From Mantamonas sphyraenae STR306 (taxonomy: Eukaryota; Protista; CRuMs): DNA of 64,000 bases. Below the pieces are notes generated by a model. The model saw only the letters and a program-made list of their open reading frames with translations, did not search any database and was not told the origin of the DNA. The position numbers and the translations under genes were made by a program. Below are positions 49,137-61,416 of the stretch, piece after piece. Location: positions 1 to 64,000 of the forward strand of contig JAPMXV010000010.1 in assembly GCA_026936335.1 (NCBI GenBank). The letters are read 5' to 3'. How positions within the stretch are numbered: position 1 is the first letter of the stretch; every line of letters begins with the position of its first letter.

Positions 49137-51047
49137 ATGGAGCAGGAAGAGGCCCCCGTGCAGGACGACGGGTCTGTAGATAGCAAGGAGAGTGATCACA
49201 AGCATCGCAAGCACCATCAGCACAAGCACAAGCACAGGCATCATCACCACCACCACCACAGACACCGCGAAGACGACGAAAACGGAGACGAGAGCACGAA
49301 ACACTCGCACAGACACAAACACAAGCATCACAAGCACAAGCACAAGCACAGACATCGTGAGGAGAAGGATGCAGAGGCAGATAGCCAACCGCCGGAACCT
49401 GAGCGCGCGCCCTCGCGCTTCAAGTCGCCCCAAGTGGCGTCCACAAACAAGTATCTGGCATCCAGTGCTTCTTCCACACGTCACAGTGACACGCCTCTCA
49501 CGGCCTCCAGTGAGCAATGGAAACAACGGCTGTTGAGCAGGATGGGCTCAGCTGGTTCGATGAGTTCCTTCGGCGCCACCCCCACGCAGAGCACGACGTC
49601 ATCCACCACCCCGGTGGCCTCGTCCCTCACAAAGAACCTTTCGTGGAACTTTTCCCAGGCTGCCTCTCGCACTGCACAAGAGGCGCCCATTGCAGGGACC
49701 AACGACGCTGAGAGCAGCAGCAGCTCCTCAAACAGCGTCCCTGCTCCGCCTCCAGTCCAACCCCAGACCTCTCAACAACACACAATGGGCGTATCTGCCA
49801 ATAAGCTGGCTGCGCAGGCCATGAAAGCCAAGGTTAAGGGCAACATGGAAGAGTACGCGCGACTGATGGCTCAGGTCGAGCAACTTCGCGGCTCTTCTTC
49901 ATCCTCCGCCTCCTCATCCTCCTCCAACAAGGAAAGCTCAAGTGCAGCGTCGCAGCTGGAAGCCTCTCCTCGTGTGCAGGCCATTCCGGAGCTTGCGGCA
50001 CTGCAGCAGCGCGAAAAGAGGCAACGCGAGTCGGACCGCGAACAGGCGCCGTACAAGAGGCAACGCTTGGTGGAAGAAGGCGTGGGCGGAGAGCGCCAAG
50101 CGTACTTCAAGGACGACAACGCCAGTCTGGATGCCCTTGTGGCTCGGGAACGCATGCAAAAGGCAGGGCAGTACGACGACAACTATGCGCGCAACATCAT
50201 GAACAGGGCGCGATGGGTGCAGAACAACAAGGAGCTGGACGATGAGGAATTGAACCCAGAAGTGTTTGAACGCAAGATGGGCAAGCGTACGGAACGTGAC
50301 CCAGAGGCACAGGCCAAGCGTGATCGCGAACGCATGATCCAGGAGCACCGACGCGTCTCCAGCATCCACGAGAACTGCGCAGATTGCGTGGCCAACGGCA
50401 AAGTGCCAGATCACCTCGTGTTGGCTGTGGGCGTGCGTGTCTACCTTCGCCTTGTGTCGCGCGCACGCCTCACACGTGGCCACTGCCAAATCGTGCCCAT
50501 CGAACACCACGTGTGCACAACGCGCGTCGACGAGGACATCTACGAAGAGATGCGTCTTTTCCAACGCTGCCTCCAGGCCATGTTCAAGCGCCAGGAGAGG
50601 GACATTGTCGTGATGGAAACCGCCGTCAACCTCAACGCTCAGCGCCACATGGTATGGGACGTCGTGCCGCTCCCGGCCGACGTGGCGTTCGACATGCCCA
50701 TCTACTTCCAAAAGGCCCTCATGGAGTGCGAGGGGGAGTGGGCCCAACACAAGAAGGTCATCGACACAAAGGCAAAAGGAGGCATCCGCAGGAGTGTTCC
50801 CGAGCAGTTTGCCTACTTCCACGTCGAGTTTGGCACAGACGGCGGCTATGCACATGCCATTGAGAACGAACGTGACTGGTCCTGGCACTTTGGCCACGAA
50901 ATCATCGGCGGAGTGCTCGATCTTGCACCGGGCATCTGGCGCAAGCCCAAACGCGCACCCCTCAACGAGGAAACGGAACAGGTGCAGGCGTTCCGCCGCG
51001 CATGGGAGCCGTTTGACTTTACCAAGCGCATTCCAGGCAGGAGTTAG
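49137..51047 (+). CDS. CWF19L2: CWF19-like protein 2 (CwfJ C-terminal domains; splicing)
   Basis: NKLAAQAMKA, CADC, GHCQIVPIEH, VVMET, PIYFQKAL.E...EWAQH, YFHVEFG...GGYAHAIE, FDFTK. Confidence 0.92.
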   Translation: MEQEEAPVQDDGSVDSKESDHKHRKHHQHKHKHRHHHHHHHRHREDDENGDESTKHSHRHKHKHHKHKHKHRHREEKDAEADSQPPEPERAPSRFKSPQVASTNKYLASSASSTRHSDTPLTASSEQWKQRLLSRMGSAGSMSSFGATPTQSTTSSTTPVASSLTKNLSWNFSQAASRTAQEAPIAGTNDAESSSSSSNSVPAPPPVQPQTSQQHTMGVSANKLAAQAMKAKVKGNMEEYARLMAQVEQLRGSSSSSASSSSSNKESSSAASQLEASPRVQAIPELAALQQREKRQRESDREQAPYKRQRLVEEGVGGERQAYFKDDNASLDALVARERMQKAGQYDDNYARNIMNRARWVQNNKELDDEELNPEVFERKMGKRTERDPEAQAKRDRERMIQEHRRVSSIHENCADCVANGKVPDHLVLAVGVRVYLRLVSRARLTRGHCQIVPIEHHVCTTRVDEDIYEEMRLFQRCLQAMFKRQERDIVVMETAVNLNAQRHMVWDVVPLPADVAFDMPIYFQKALMECEGEWAQHKKVIDTKAKGGIRRSVPEQFAYFHVEFGTDGGYAHAIENERDWSWHFGHEIIGGVLDLAPGIWRKPKRAPLNEETEQVQAFRRAWEPFDFTKRIPGRS

Positions 51048-51086
51048 TTGGTTGGAATGGAAGCATGAATGTGTGTTGTGCAATGT

Positions 51087-54000
51087 TCATTGATCTGCGC
51101 GCTGCGGCGACACGGCCCAGCAAGCGTCGTCCAGGTCCATCAACGCGTGCAACTGTTGCCATTTGGCGTCGTTGCTGTTGCTCTTGCTTTTCTCCAACAA
51201 CTGGATGGCAGATGACGCACGGAACGCATCTGCAAACACCATCACCAGGTTCCAATTGGCCCGTTCGACACGTGCGCCCGTGGGCAGTTCGCTTGAGCGA
51301 CGGCCGTCAATTTCCACTTCACCCGACGACACGCGCCGTGTGTTGCCCGCACCACCATTGCTGCTGCTGTAATTGCTGTTACTCGGCACGTCTGCGGATA
51401 CTACAGCGTCCTGTTCCATGGCTCGGTTGACCACGTGCACAATGCGTGGGTCTGTGCGACTGCCAATGATCTCCGAGTGCCGCAGCGGCACGAGCCAGCG
51501 CACCGTCGCCCAGCCCATACGGCCCTTTTCGGGCTCCACCAACACCATAAACCCCGAGCGGTTGACCAGCAGGTAGCGCACAAGGTGCTGGTCGTTGTGA
51601 TCGATCACTGTGCACCTCAACAAGTCCTTGTTGGCCATGTTGAGCACATCTCCGATGGCTGCAGGCGCACGCGCTGCCTGCAGAGGTAACATGCGCTCGG
51701 CTGCATGATGCACATCCAGGTACAGTGTGCGCAGCAGCAAAAACGCCTGAATAACCTTTCGCGTCGTTTCCACCTCCCCGCACGGCATGCGCTTGTGCAA
51801 CGCGATTCCAGACAGCGGTGTCACACTCACCGGCAGCAACATCGTGCTGTCCATAATCATGTCCTGAAACTTGGCCCGCTTCTTTGCCCGCTTGAACTCG
51901 TCCTCAAACAGATCGAGGAAAAAGTCCCCCAGCGAACCATCCACTCGCGTGCTCAGCAGCTGAGCCACACCTGCACAAGCGTGACGCAGCATCGACTTAT
52001 GCTCTTCTTCCATGTACAAAATCCTGCTTGCTTGGCTCCCCACCTGCAGCATTTCCCGCAGCAGGATGCACACAAGCTGCAGCGTCACCTGCCGCAGCTC
52101 GTCAATCCTCTGCAGTTGTTCCAGCAAGAGTCCCACAAACGCACGTGGATAGTGTTCTGCGTATGTGTCCTCCATCTCCAGCTCCGGCACGATCGCAGCC
52201 ACCTCCTCCTCGCTCAACATGGTATCCAGCTGCAGATCCTTCTCCTCCTCTGGCACGCCTCCTTGCCCAACATCCTCATGCTCATCCGCTTTCGTCTCCT
52301 CTTCATCCTCTACCTTCTGCCCGCTTTGCTCTCCGGCCGTCCTTCTCCTCTCTCGCTTCGAGTCGTGCTCCCGTGTCTTTGCCACCTTTGTATCCCCCAG
52401 CGGCTCGGTATCCCGCAGCTCGGTGTCGTGCAGGGGCTCCAAAGTACCACTGCGCGATCCCGTGCGTTTCATGTCTTTGGTCGACGTCATGGCTGCAGCT
52501 GACGTGGCGCTGCTCATGCCCGAGCTCTGGCTTCGAGTGCTCCTACTCGACGCTCCCGACCGCGACGACGAAGATTCTGCTCGATCTCGTGGCGATGTTG
52601 GCGGCGATGACGTCAGAGCCATCAACAGCATTGTCTCGCGCTGGTACTTCAATGGCAGCATCCGGCGGTTCTGCAGCAGGCTCCTGCCCGTCGCCGGATT
52701 CTTCACCATCGTATACAGCACACACAGCGCCCCAAACGTTTCCCGGTCGTCCTGTGAGCTTACACAGTCCAGCAGAGTCTGCAGGTACTTGTTTGTGCCG
52801 TCCTCCGTGGTGATGGAGAACTCATTGTCATCGTCATCGCCGTCGGCCTCGGCATCGACTTTCTCATCCTCCTCCGCTTTGTTCTCTTCCTCGTTTTCTT
52901 CTGTTTCCTCATCCTCCCTCTTCTCTTCACTTTCCACGACAACCTCCAGGGCCAGCTCGTCCAATTCCTCCCCGATTGAGTCTTGGGTGGGCAACGAGCC
53001 GCGACACAGAGTCTGGATAGCACGCTGCGTCGCTCCCCCTGGAGAGAGGGGCAGCAACGAAGCCAGCGGATTTGGATGCATCACACTAGTGACCAGTGTG
53101 TTCACCAACGGATGGTCGGTGAAAATGTCCAGCACCTGGGCGAGCAGAAACATGGCGCAGCTCGGGTGCAAGTGTCGCACCCCAGCGGTCTTGTTCAGAT
53201 TGCCAGAATCATTCTCATCGCTGCTGCTGCTACTGCTACTGCTACTGCTGTTGCTGCTGTTGTGAGCATCCGAGTTGCGCAGAAGAATGCCACGCACGCA
53301 CAGAGGGAGCAGCAGTTTGCTGAGCAGCGAGGATGTGAGCACAGTGTTGAGGTCTTCAATGCCCAGTGTGTAGATGTCCTGCAGATAGTACAGATTGTCC
53401 AGCCACTCTGCAAGAGCAGACGAGAGTCCTGGCACGGTGTTGCCCTCCTGCGCCTGCACCACCATGGTGTTGATCTGCAGCACCTGATCTCGCAGGAACC
53501 ACACCAGGTTGGGAAAGTATGGAGCCACTTGTGGATCCAAAATAAAGTTGCGTGTGGCGTCGTTCTCCACACGATATACATTCAGAGTCAGTGTGCGCAC
53601 AGCAATGCGCACCATGCTCTCAGGGTGGTTGAAAAACTTGATGGCCTCTGTGTACAGAGGAAAATCATGCTTTTGCTGCGTGCGTGTGCGAATGGCCACA
53701 ATGGATGTGGTTTGTGTGAGCGACGACACGGCACAGCCCTCGCACAGCTTCTCACACGTACCTGGTCGTAGAAGAACTGCACAACGTTGTTGTCCAGCTG
53801 CAGCGACAGCGTTTTCAGAAAGGAGATGTAGTACGAGAGCACCTCCTCGTTGCTAAAGTCAAACTCGGCCACAATAAAGTCGTTGATGTGGTTGTTGGAC
53901 ATGAGATAGACTGAAGTACGGGGCAGAGCATGTGTGGGAGATGTCAGCCGCAACGTAGCTGGGTGTGAGGACCACACGCCTGCGTGTACAACCTACAGAT

Positions 54001-54462
54001 GGATGTCTTGTCCTTGAGATTCTCCAGAAGGATGCTCAATGTCTGGATGACTCGTGTAAGTACGGTGGGGCGTGTTTTGTTCTTGAGAATCGCAAAGAAG
54101 TAGGAAAGCACGTTGTGCTCCAGAAAATAGCTGCCGTAGGCGTAATGGGGAGCGCAGATAGCACGCAAGTGTCAGTCACGATGCACTGGTGTATGGTGGT
54201 GCGTGGAAACTGGTCGCCTACGGGGCATGCCCGGGTTCGCAGCAGGAGGGGCGCTGGTGAAAGCGTACTCAAAGTAGTTTTCTCCGTTCTGGTCCGCCCA
54301 CACCAGAAGCTCAGCAATCTCACGGAGAGTGTCCATCACGAGATCCTCGTTGCTGTCGTCGATGTCCTTGTTCCTCTCCAGCACCATGTGCAGGTGTTGC
54401 AGTTGCTCCCGCGAGAACTTGCTTCGGCCTTGGAACCACCGCAGCATCGTTTGGCTTGCCAT
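51087..54462 (-). CDS. CLEC16A: CLEC16A/FPL-domain protein (TT9/gop-1 family)
   Basis: LREIAELLVWADQN, FLEHN, QTLSILLEN, YLMSNNHIN, EEVLSYYISFLKTLS, FPLYTEAIKFFNHPESMVRIAVRTLTLNVY; several introns. Confidence 0.92.
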
Positions 54463-54621
54463 CGATGCCGCAGGTTTCAACACCCATCCCCACACTGCAT
54501 TCCATGCGGTGTGGCCATGTCACCAGTGCCCCTGGTCCAAGCTGTAGCCCTTGTCTCATCTGCATGGCAACCTGCGCCGCCGCAACCAGAATCCACCCCC
54601 CCACCTCTTTCAGGGCCCGCC

Positions 54622-56562
54622 ATGAGTTGCTGCAACACCGCTACGCCTGAGGAACAGGCGGCCAAGGAGCGCTCCAAGCAGATCAACCGCGATCTTGCGG
54701 AAACGGAGAAGCACATGCACGAGGAGATCAAGCTGCTGCTGCTCGGTACGTGTTTGCCAACACCTCGCTGCCCTTTTGCTCCTCTCTTTTTGGATCCTTG
54801 TCCGCCCCGCCGTCCATGCCCCAGCACACAGACGTCCACCCTCGCATTGTTCCATACAAGGCGTGTGCCACACGCCTTGTCGACCCATGCGTGGCCCTGC
54901 GATGTGGCTGGCGTCATGTGCGGTCGTGATAGGCCGTGCGCCGAGTGGGCCCAAACGCGAATTCGTGCTTCCCTGCCTTTCCCGGCCCCGTCTGGCCTCG
55001 CATCGCACGCGCATCCGCCTTGCACGGTGCCAACAAGCCGCGTGCAGACTGGTTGGTAGTGTGGTAACTCCGTGGGAGGGCTGCGACGTCGGGTGGGCGC
55101 AGGAGAAGGCGTCGGGCTGTGCGGCAAATCCCAGATTTACTCGTGGCTGAGTGCGAGCCTGTTGAAAATCAGCCCCGCTTTCCGCACACGGTCGCTCACA
55201 CTCCCGCTCATTCACAGGCACGGGACAGTCGGGCAAGAGCACCATCCTCAAACAGATGAAGCTCATCTACATGGACGGCTTCTCCGATTCGGAGCGCATG
55301 GACCAGCGCATGAACGTGTTTTCCAACGTGGTCCAGAACATGCAAACCATCCTCAAGGCCTGCGAGAAGTTCAACATTGAGTACGACAGCTCTCTGGCGG
55401 TAAGTTAACGTCCCATGCCACCTGCTGGGCCGCTTGTCAACCACTGTGGGCCCATGGTGCCCGCTCTGCGCTGCCCGAATGGACGCTGACACCCGAAGAT
55501 CCCTCTCCCACTTCCGCTTTCTCGCAGGCTGGCGCCGAAGACGTCAACGCCACCGAGTGCTGGCCCCTCGAAGAGCTGTCGCCTTCATTGGCACAGACCA
55601 TCAAGGCTCTGTGGGCAGATGACGGCATCCAGGAGTGCTACAGCCGCCGCTCCGAGTACCAGCTCAACGACACCGCAACCTAGTACGCTTTTTCCCCTCC
55701 GAACCAAACTCGCCGCACCCGCGCCCCTCCCACGCCCCGCACGCACACACCACGGCCCCTCGTGGCCGCTTGCATTCGTCTGCACGCACATCCGTGCGCA
55801 CGGCACAAGTCTCCATGCCTCCCACGCCATCCATGGGCCCCCCGGGAAGCTGACGCGTCGTTTTCGATCTTTCTCTCTCCCACAGCTTCTTTGAGAACAT
55901 CGACAAGTTTGTGGAGCCTGACTATGTGCCCAATGACAAAGATCTGCTGCAGGTGCGCCAGCGCACCACAGGCATTGTCGAAACCGTCTTTTCGCTGGAC
56001 GGCTACAAGTTCCGGTAGGTTTTCGCCACTGCGCAGCACCGTTCCCCGTGCCACCAGCCCGCTCACCCAAGGAACCCCATTCCCACACAGCGTCATGGAT
56101 GTGGGAGGCCAGCGCAACCAGCGCTCCAAGTGGATCCACTGCTTCGAGGCCGTGACGGCCGTCATCTTTGTCGTCGGCATGTCCGAGTACGACCAGGTGC
56201 TCTTTGAGGATCCCGACACAAACCGCATGCACGAGTCGCTGCAGCTGTTCAGCGAGATCTGCAACTGCATTTGGTTCCAGCAGTCCTCCATGATCCTCTT
56301 CCTGAACAAGAAGGATCTGTTTGAGGAAAAGATCCCCGACGTGCCTCTCACCGTTTGTTTCCCCAACTACGCGGGCCAAAACAACTGGGACGACGCCTCC
56401 AAGTTTATTCTGGGCGAGTTCAAGGCCCTCAACAAGAGCGACCAGAAGTCCGTGTTTCCCCACTTCACCTGCGCCACAGACACCGAGAGCATCTCCTTTG
56501 TCCTTGCCAGCGTCAAGGACACCATCCTCTCCAGAGCCATGGAGGACGCCGGCTTTGCATGA
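54622..56562 (+). CDS. Heterotrimeric G-protein alpha subunit
   Basis: IKLLLLG|[39 protein letters not shown]; four introns; N-term MSCC. Confidence 0.96.
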
Positions 56563-56711
56563 TTGCACTGCCTTTGTTCTCCTTGTCACCCACTCAAAAA
56601 CCAAACCCCCCTCACAACAACCCAACACCGTCCTCCTCCTCCCGTTTTTTGCACTCCGCCCTACAGAACAAAGATTCGTTTTCAGCTCTCATTTGCACAA
56701 CGCCTGCACTC

Positions 56712-56829
56712 TCAAAGGTACGCAGGCGCCCTTGACTCCTCTTCCTCTTCCTCCACATACGCCACAGAGTCGCTTTCTTCCACACTCACCGTGGCTGGCG
56801 ACCCGTTGTTGCTGCTGCTCGTTGTCGTT

Positions 56830-56867
<38 letters not shown>

Positions 56868-58280
56868 TGACGACTGTCCCCTGTCTGTCCCATTCCCATT
56901 CCCGTTCACGCGGCGTGTCGGCTTGCCCGACTTGGTCGTCACGATTTGCAGCGTGCTCAGATCCGCCAGGTCGTCGTCGTCATCCCCTGCTGCGCTTTCG
57001 TCCACATCTTTGATCTGAAGCAACGACTGCACCGTCGCACGGCAGATGGGGCACTTGTTTGTCTGAAAGCGCAGTGCCTCGGCACACGTGTGGCACAGAC
57101 ACATGTGCCTGCACGGCAGCACCGTCGTGTCCGTCGCATTCGTGTAGCAGATCACACACTCTTCGCCCTCCACCTCCTCCCCGTCCTCTGCGTCTCCGTC
57201 CCCGCTCAGCCCGTAGATCTCCTGTAGGTCGTACGGGATGCCGTCGATCAGGATGCGTTGGCCCAGGCTTCGTGCGTCGTACACCTCCACAACCTCCACC
57301 GGCCCGTCCTCTTCCTCCTCCACCTCATGCTCCTCGTCTCCATCTCCATTTCCGCCCGATGCTTGTTTGTTTGACGACGTCGACTGCGTCACCGTAAACG
57401 TTGCCAACAGCGTTTCCGACTGAATCTGCTGCGGCGCCTCTTCCCCGTCCACAGCCACGCTCTGTGTGCCGCTTGCTCGCGTCCCATCTGTGTACCCACC
57501 CCCGTGTGCGTCCTTGTGTCAGCTTGTTGGCTTGGCCTCTCTTTTCACCGCCCCCCGCCACAGCTCGTCGAAGGAAACAAAGGGCGCTTTCTCACCGGCC
57601 GATTCCAGCACAATCACAAGCGGGTACGTCAGCGAGTCTTCCGTGTACTCCAGCGCCTCCTTGCTGTAGTTGGACACGTCGATCGACTCGGGCGACTCGT
57701 ACTTTTGGCCCAGGCCTGCTCCGTGCCTGCTGCTCCACACGAGGCCTCCCGAAGCGACCTCAAACGAGCAACCCAGATTGTTTTCGTCCAGCTGCTCCGT
57801 GGCCATCACATACACTGTGATCTGGCACTCGCACAGCGCATCAAACGTAAACTCCACACTGTACATCGTTGCCTGCAGCTCGTCCTTCTTCAGCTTCAAC
57901 GTCTCCTTGTGCACGTGGAAATCGGCTCCCAGCGTCGCTGTCCGCTGCACCTCTGGCAACGGCTGTGCTGCATTGCCTTGTTGCTGCGTCCCTCATCGTC
58001 CACCGCAAGTGATCCCATGCCACAGTCTCTCTATGGGTCAGCCATGGTTTCCCCTCACCCTCCACGCCACACACACCGTTCCCGCCGCACCACCACCACC
58101 ACCTACGTTGCCCGGAAACAAATTGGGTAGCCCAAACATCCCGCCCCCCGCACCTCCATCGAACCGGTCCGCCGTCGCAAACGTCTGTCCATGCTCCGTA
58201 AACGATGCGCCATAGTACAGCTGTGGCCCATTGTCTGCGTGCACACCACCCCCACCCTGCTGGCTCTGTGAGTTTCCCAT
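56712..58280 (-). CDS. MGRN1/RNF157/LOG2-like RING E3 ubiquitin ligase
   Basis: MGNSQS myristoylation motif, FTFDA, YDLQEIYG, CVIC...LPCRHMCLC..CA..LRFQTNKCPICR; two introns. Confidence 0.9.
56819..56868. repeat. (GTC)n trinucleotide microsatellite encoding poly-Thr; similar GAC/GTC tracts at 25573-25608 and 61371-61411
   Basis: Direct observation of the tandem triplets. Confidence 0.9.
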
Positions 58281-58356
58281 CCGGCCGAGCTGTTCTTTTC
58301 TTGCCTCCGCCTCCGCGTACATCCCAAATCCCACCCATTGACCACACACCCCACCC

Positions 58357-58899
58357 ATGGGCAAACGTCGCCGTGCCTCTTCTGCATCCTCCACCTCCAC
58401 CTCGGCCTCTGTCGCCGCCTCCCTCGCCAAGCAGCTGCACACCTCGGCTGCACGCAACCGCACGCTCGTCCGCAAGGTTCTGGCCAAGCCCAGCGCAGCC
58501 AGCCAAAGCCTCGTCGTCCAGCTCGGATCGAATGAGCCAGAAGATGCCCAGGAGCACGATGACGACGACGTGGCCTCCCGCAAACGCTCTGCAGGCGCCA
58601 AGAAGCGTCCCAACAAGAACTCCATCGCCCAGCTCCGGGCCGAGCAGCGCAAGCAGCGCAAACGCAAGCGCACCCTCAAAAAGCAGGTGCGACAGCTCAT
58701 CCAGCAACAGAAGGACAAGAAGAACGCCATCGAAAGGCTATCCGAATCCCAGGACAAACACCGCAACCGCATTGTCGCCTTCAACACCGCCTACTATCGC
58801 ACCTCGGCCCTAAACGCCTCCACTGCTTCCACAACAGATGCACAACGTGCCTTTAACGCCGTCCTCAACGCACGCCAGTCCTCTCGCAAGCGCAGGTGA
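58357..58899 (+). CDS. Small basic coiled-coil protein of unknown function (possibly nucleolar)
   Basis: 180-aa ATG-initiated K/R-rich ORF filling the gap between two minus-strand genes. Confidence 0.6.
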   Translation: MGKRRRASSASSTSTSASVAASLAKQLHTSAARNRTLVRKVLAKPSAASQSLVVQLGSNEPEDAQEHDDDDVASRKRSAGAKKRPNKNSIAQLRAEQRKQRKRKRTLKKQVRQLIQQQKDKKNAIERLSESQDKHRNRIVAFNTAYYRTSALNASTASTTDAQRAFNAVLNARQSSRKRR

Positions 58900-59026
58900 G
58901 CCATGCCGTCCGTCCGCATGCTCGGCTCAGCAGCCCAAAATCCGCCCGCCGCACAAACAAATTCTTCAAGCATTCTTCAAACCAATCATCCATCCTCCTT
59001 TTGTTTCTGTTTGTGTTTTGCCCTGT

Positions 59027-61379
59027 CTAGTGGCTCGAGCTGCTCGAGCTCGATTCGCCCCCAGACACGCCGCGGTACTTCAGCGGGTACATCGTCACTC
59101 GCTTCAGCACATTGAACTGTGCTGCCGTGCGATCCAGCTCACTCAGATCATACACCTCCCGTCCTGCAATCGAACTCAGCGCAGCCGCACTCGGGTCGGC
59201 CTCCAGCGCCTTGTTCAGCGCACTTTCCACCTCCTCCAGCCCGGCCTTGATCTTGCTCAGAGCAGACAGGTCCAGCTTGCTAGGAAACTCGCCGTTCACC
59301 TGGAAGCAGTCACGAAACGCACGCTGTTCGTCCAACAGGCACTCTCGCTCCAGCAGCAAGCCCTCCACGTCCATCTTTGACACCTCTGTGCCGCGGCCAG
59401 TGCGTGTGCGGTCCGTGCTCAGACGCCCAAACATAAAGTCCATCCAGTCCGACGAACGCGGCTTGTTGCGCAGGCTTCCTGCAAATTCCATGCGCCGCGA
59501 CACACGCGTGCTCGCCATCCGAAGGTGGAACGACGACGACTTCAGGAAGCTCGCAATCTGCCCTCCCAAATTGCTGTTGATCACACTGCAATTCTGCGCC
59601 GTGTACCAGCAGTTCGACACCGTCGTTGTGCTCCACAGCTGCAGCTCCTCGTCCGACCCGTTGATGTGACCCGCAAACATCTCAAACAGCTGGTCCAGCA
59701 GCACATTCTCCAGCGGCACGTTCATCGAGTGGATCGCCAGCGCTTTCACTGCCTGCCGGCTGATGTCGTCGTACTTGCTCTTCAGCAGACTCACCAGCGC
59801 CGGCGCACTCGTGTCCTTCACCTCTTTGTTCTCCTTCTTGTCATCCGACAGCAGCAACCGCAACAGCTCAGCCGCGGCCTCCTGCGTGGCTGGCACAGGC
59901 GTCACAATGCCCAGGTTCACCAGCAGGTTGCGCATGTCCGTTTTGCCCACCTGCTTGCGCACTTTGTCAGAGTCACTCATCTCCAGCAGGCACCGTGTCG
60001 CCTGCAGGCGCACAAGGTCGTTTTCGCTGCTCACCAGGTTGGCAAGCACATTCACTGCTCCGCAGTCCTTCACAAGCACCTTCATCTTGTTGTCGTCCGC
60101 TGCACACACGCTGCACAGTGCACGTGCACACTCTGCCTGCACCGCTGCACTTCCACTCTGCATCACCTCCACCATCAGATTCAGCAGGCCAGACTTTTTC
60201 ACCGTCTTCACCGCCTGCTCCTTGCCTGCCACAGATCCAAAGCAAAACGCTGCCGCACACACCACTCCGTCGTTCTCGCTGTTAAACAGACGCTCCAGAG
60301 ACGCAAAAATGTTCAGCTCGCGCAGCATCTCGCGCGTTCGCTTCTGCTGGCAGCACGAGCCCAGCGCCGTGGCCACCTTGTCCAACACGCCGTCTGTCTT
60401 GCTCTTTTCCAGCAGGTCCAGCATCAATTGCACGCCTTCCGTCACCAGGAAGGCGTCCATAAACAGCGAGCTCGGCGCAAACGTGCGAATCAGGTTGGCC
60501 ACCTGCTCCTGCAGGATGCCCGAACGGCCCTTCAACACAGAGTTCAGCACGGGGATGCCGTTCGAGTTGACCAGTTGGTTCGCCACGTACTTGTTCAGGC
60601 GTGACAGCGCAAGCAGGCTCTTCATGATTGTCTGCTGCAACTGGATGCTCGCACTCTCCAGCGACTCCAGGAACACGCCCAGCACGTCGCAATCCAAAAT
60701 CTGCTGCGCAATCTCAGAGTTGTCGCTGCGCAGCATGGCCTCGTACAGTTTGATTGTCTGTTCGCGGATCGCCATCGAGCGCTTCATCAGGCCGCCGCTC
60801 ACCATCTTCAGTCCTCCGTTGGCCACAAATGGCTTGCGCAGCTCAGGTGCAGATACACCCACAGTCAGAAGCGACAGCGCATTCAGCATCACCTGCTCGT
60901 CTGCGTGCGTGATCAGCGTCAACAACAGCTCGCTTCCGCCGGCCTCGTTGAACAGCAGCTTGTTCTCGTCCTTCACAAGCAGGTTCCTCAGCAGCGTCAG
61001 TGACGACACCATCAGCTCCACGTCCTGCTCTTCTTTGCCCTTCGAGTCCTCCTCGCCCTTGAGCATGTTTGTCACGGCGCCAATACCGTCGTACTCAGCG
61101 AGCGCGTTGCGCGACTTGCCGTGCAGAGCCATCATGCTAATCGTCTTCAACGCCATGTTACGGTACTCTGGAAGCGACAGCATGTGAATCAGCGGCTCCA
61201 GCGCACCCAGTTCCAGCAGCGTAGGTCGGATGATCTTGGACTCCACAAGTTTCTCCATCGCACCCAAAGCGCTCAACACCACCTCGGGCTGGATGTACAC
61301 CACCTCTTCTGCCTCCTCCTCATCTGCACCACTCGTCTCTGTCTCGGCGCTGCCGCTCGCAGACGAAGACGAAGACGAA

Positions 61380-61416
<37 letters not shown>

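Noticed and set aside
33509-55216. tRNA, rRNA or snoRNA genes within the larger introns
   Set aside because: No cloverleaf, rRNA or convincing box motifs seen by eye; an Infernal/tRNAscan run would be needed.
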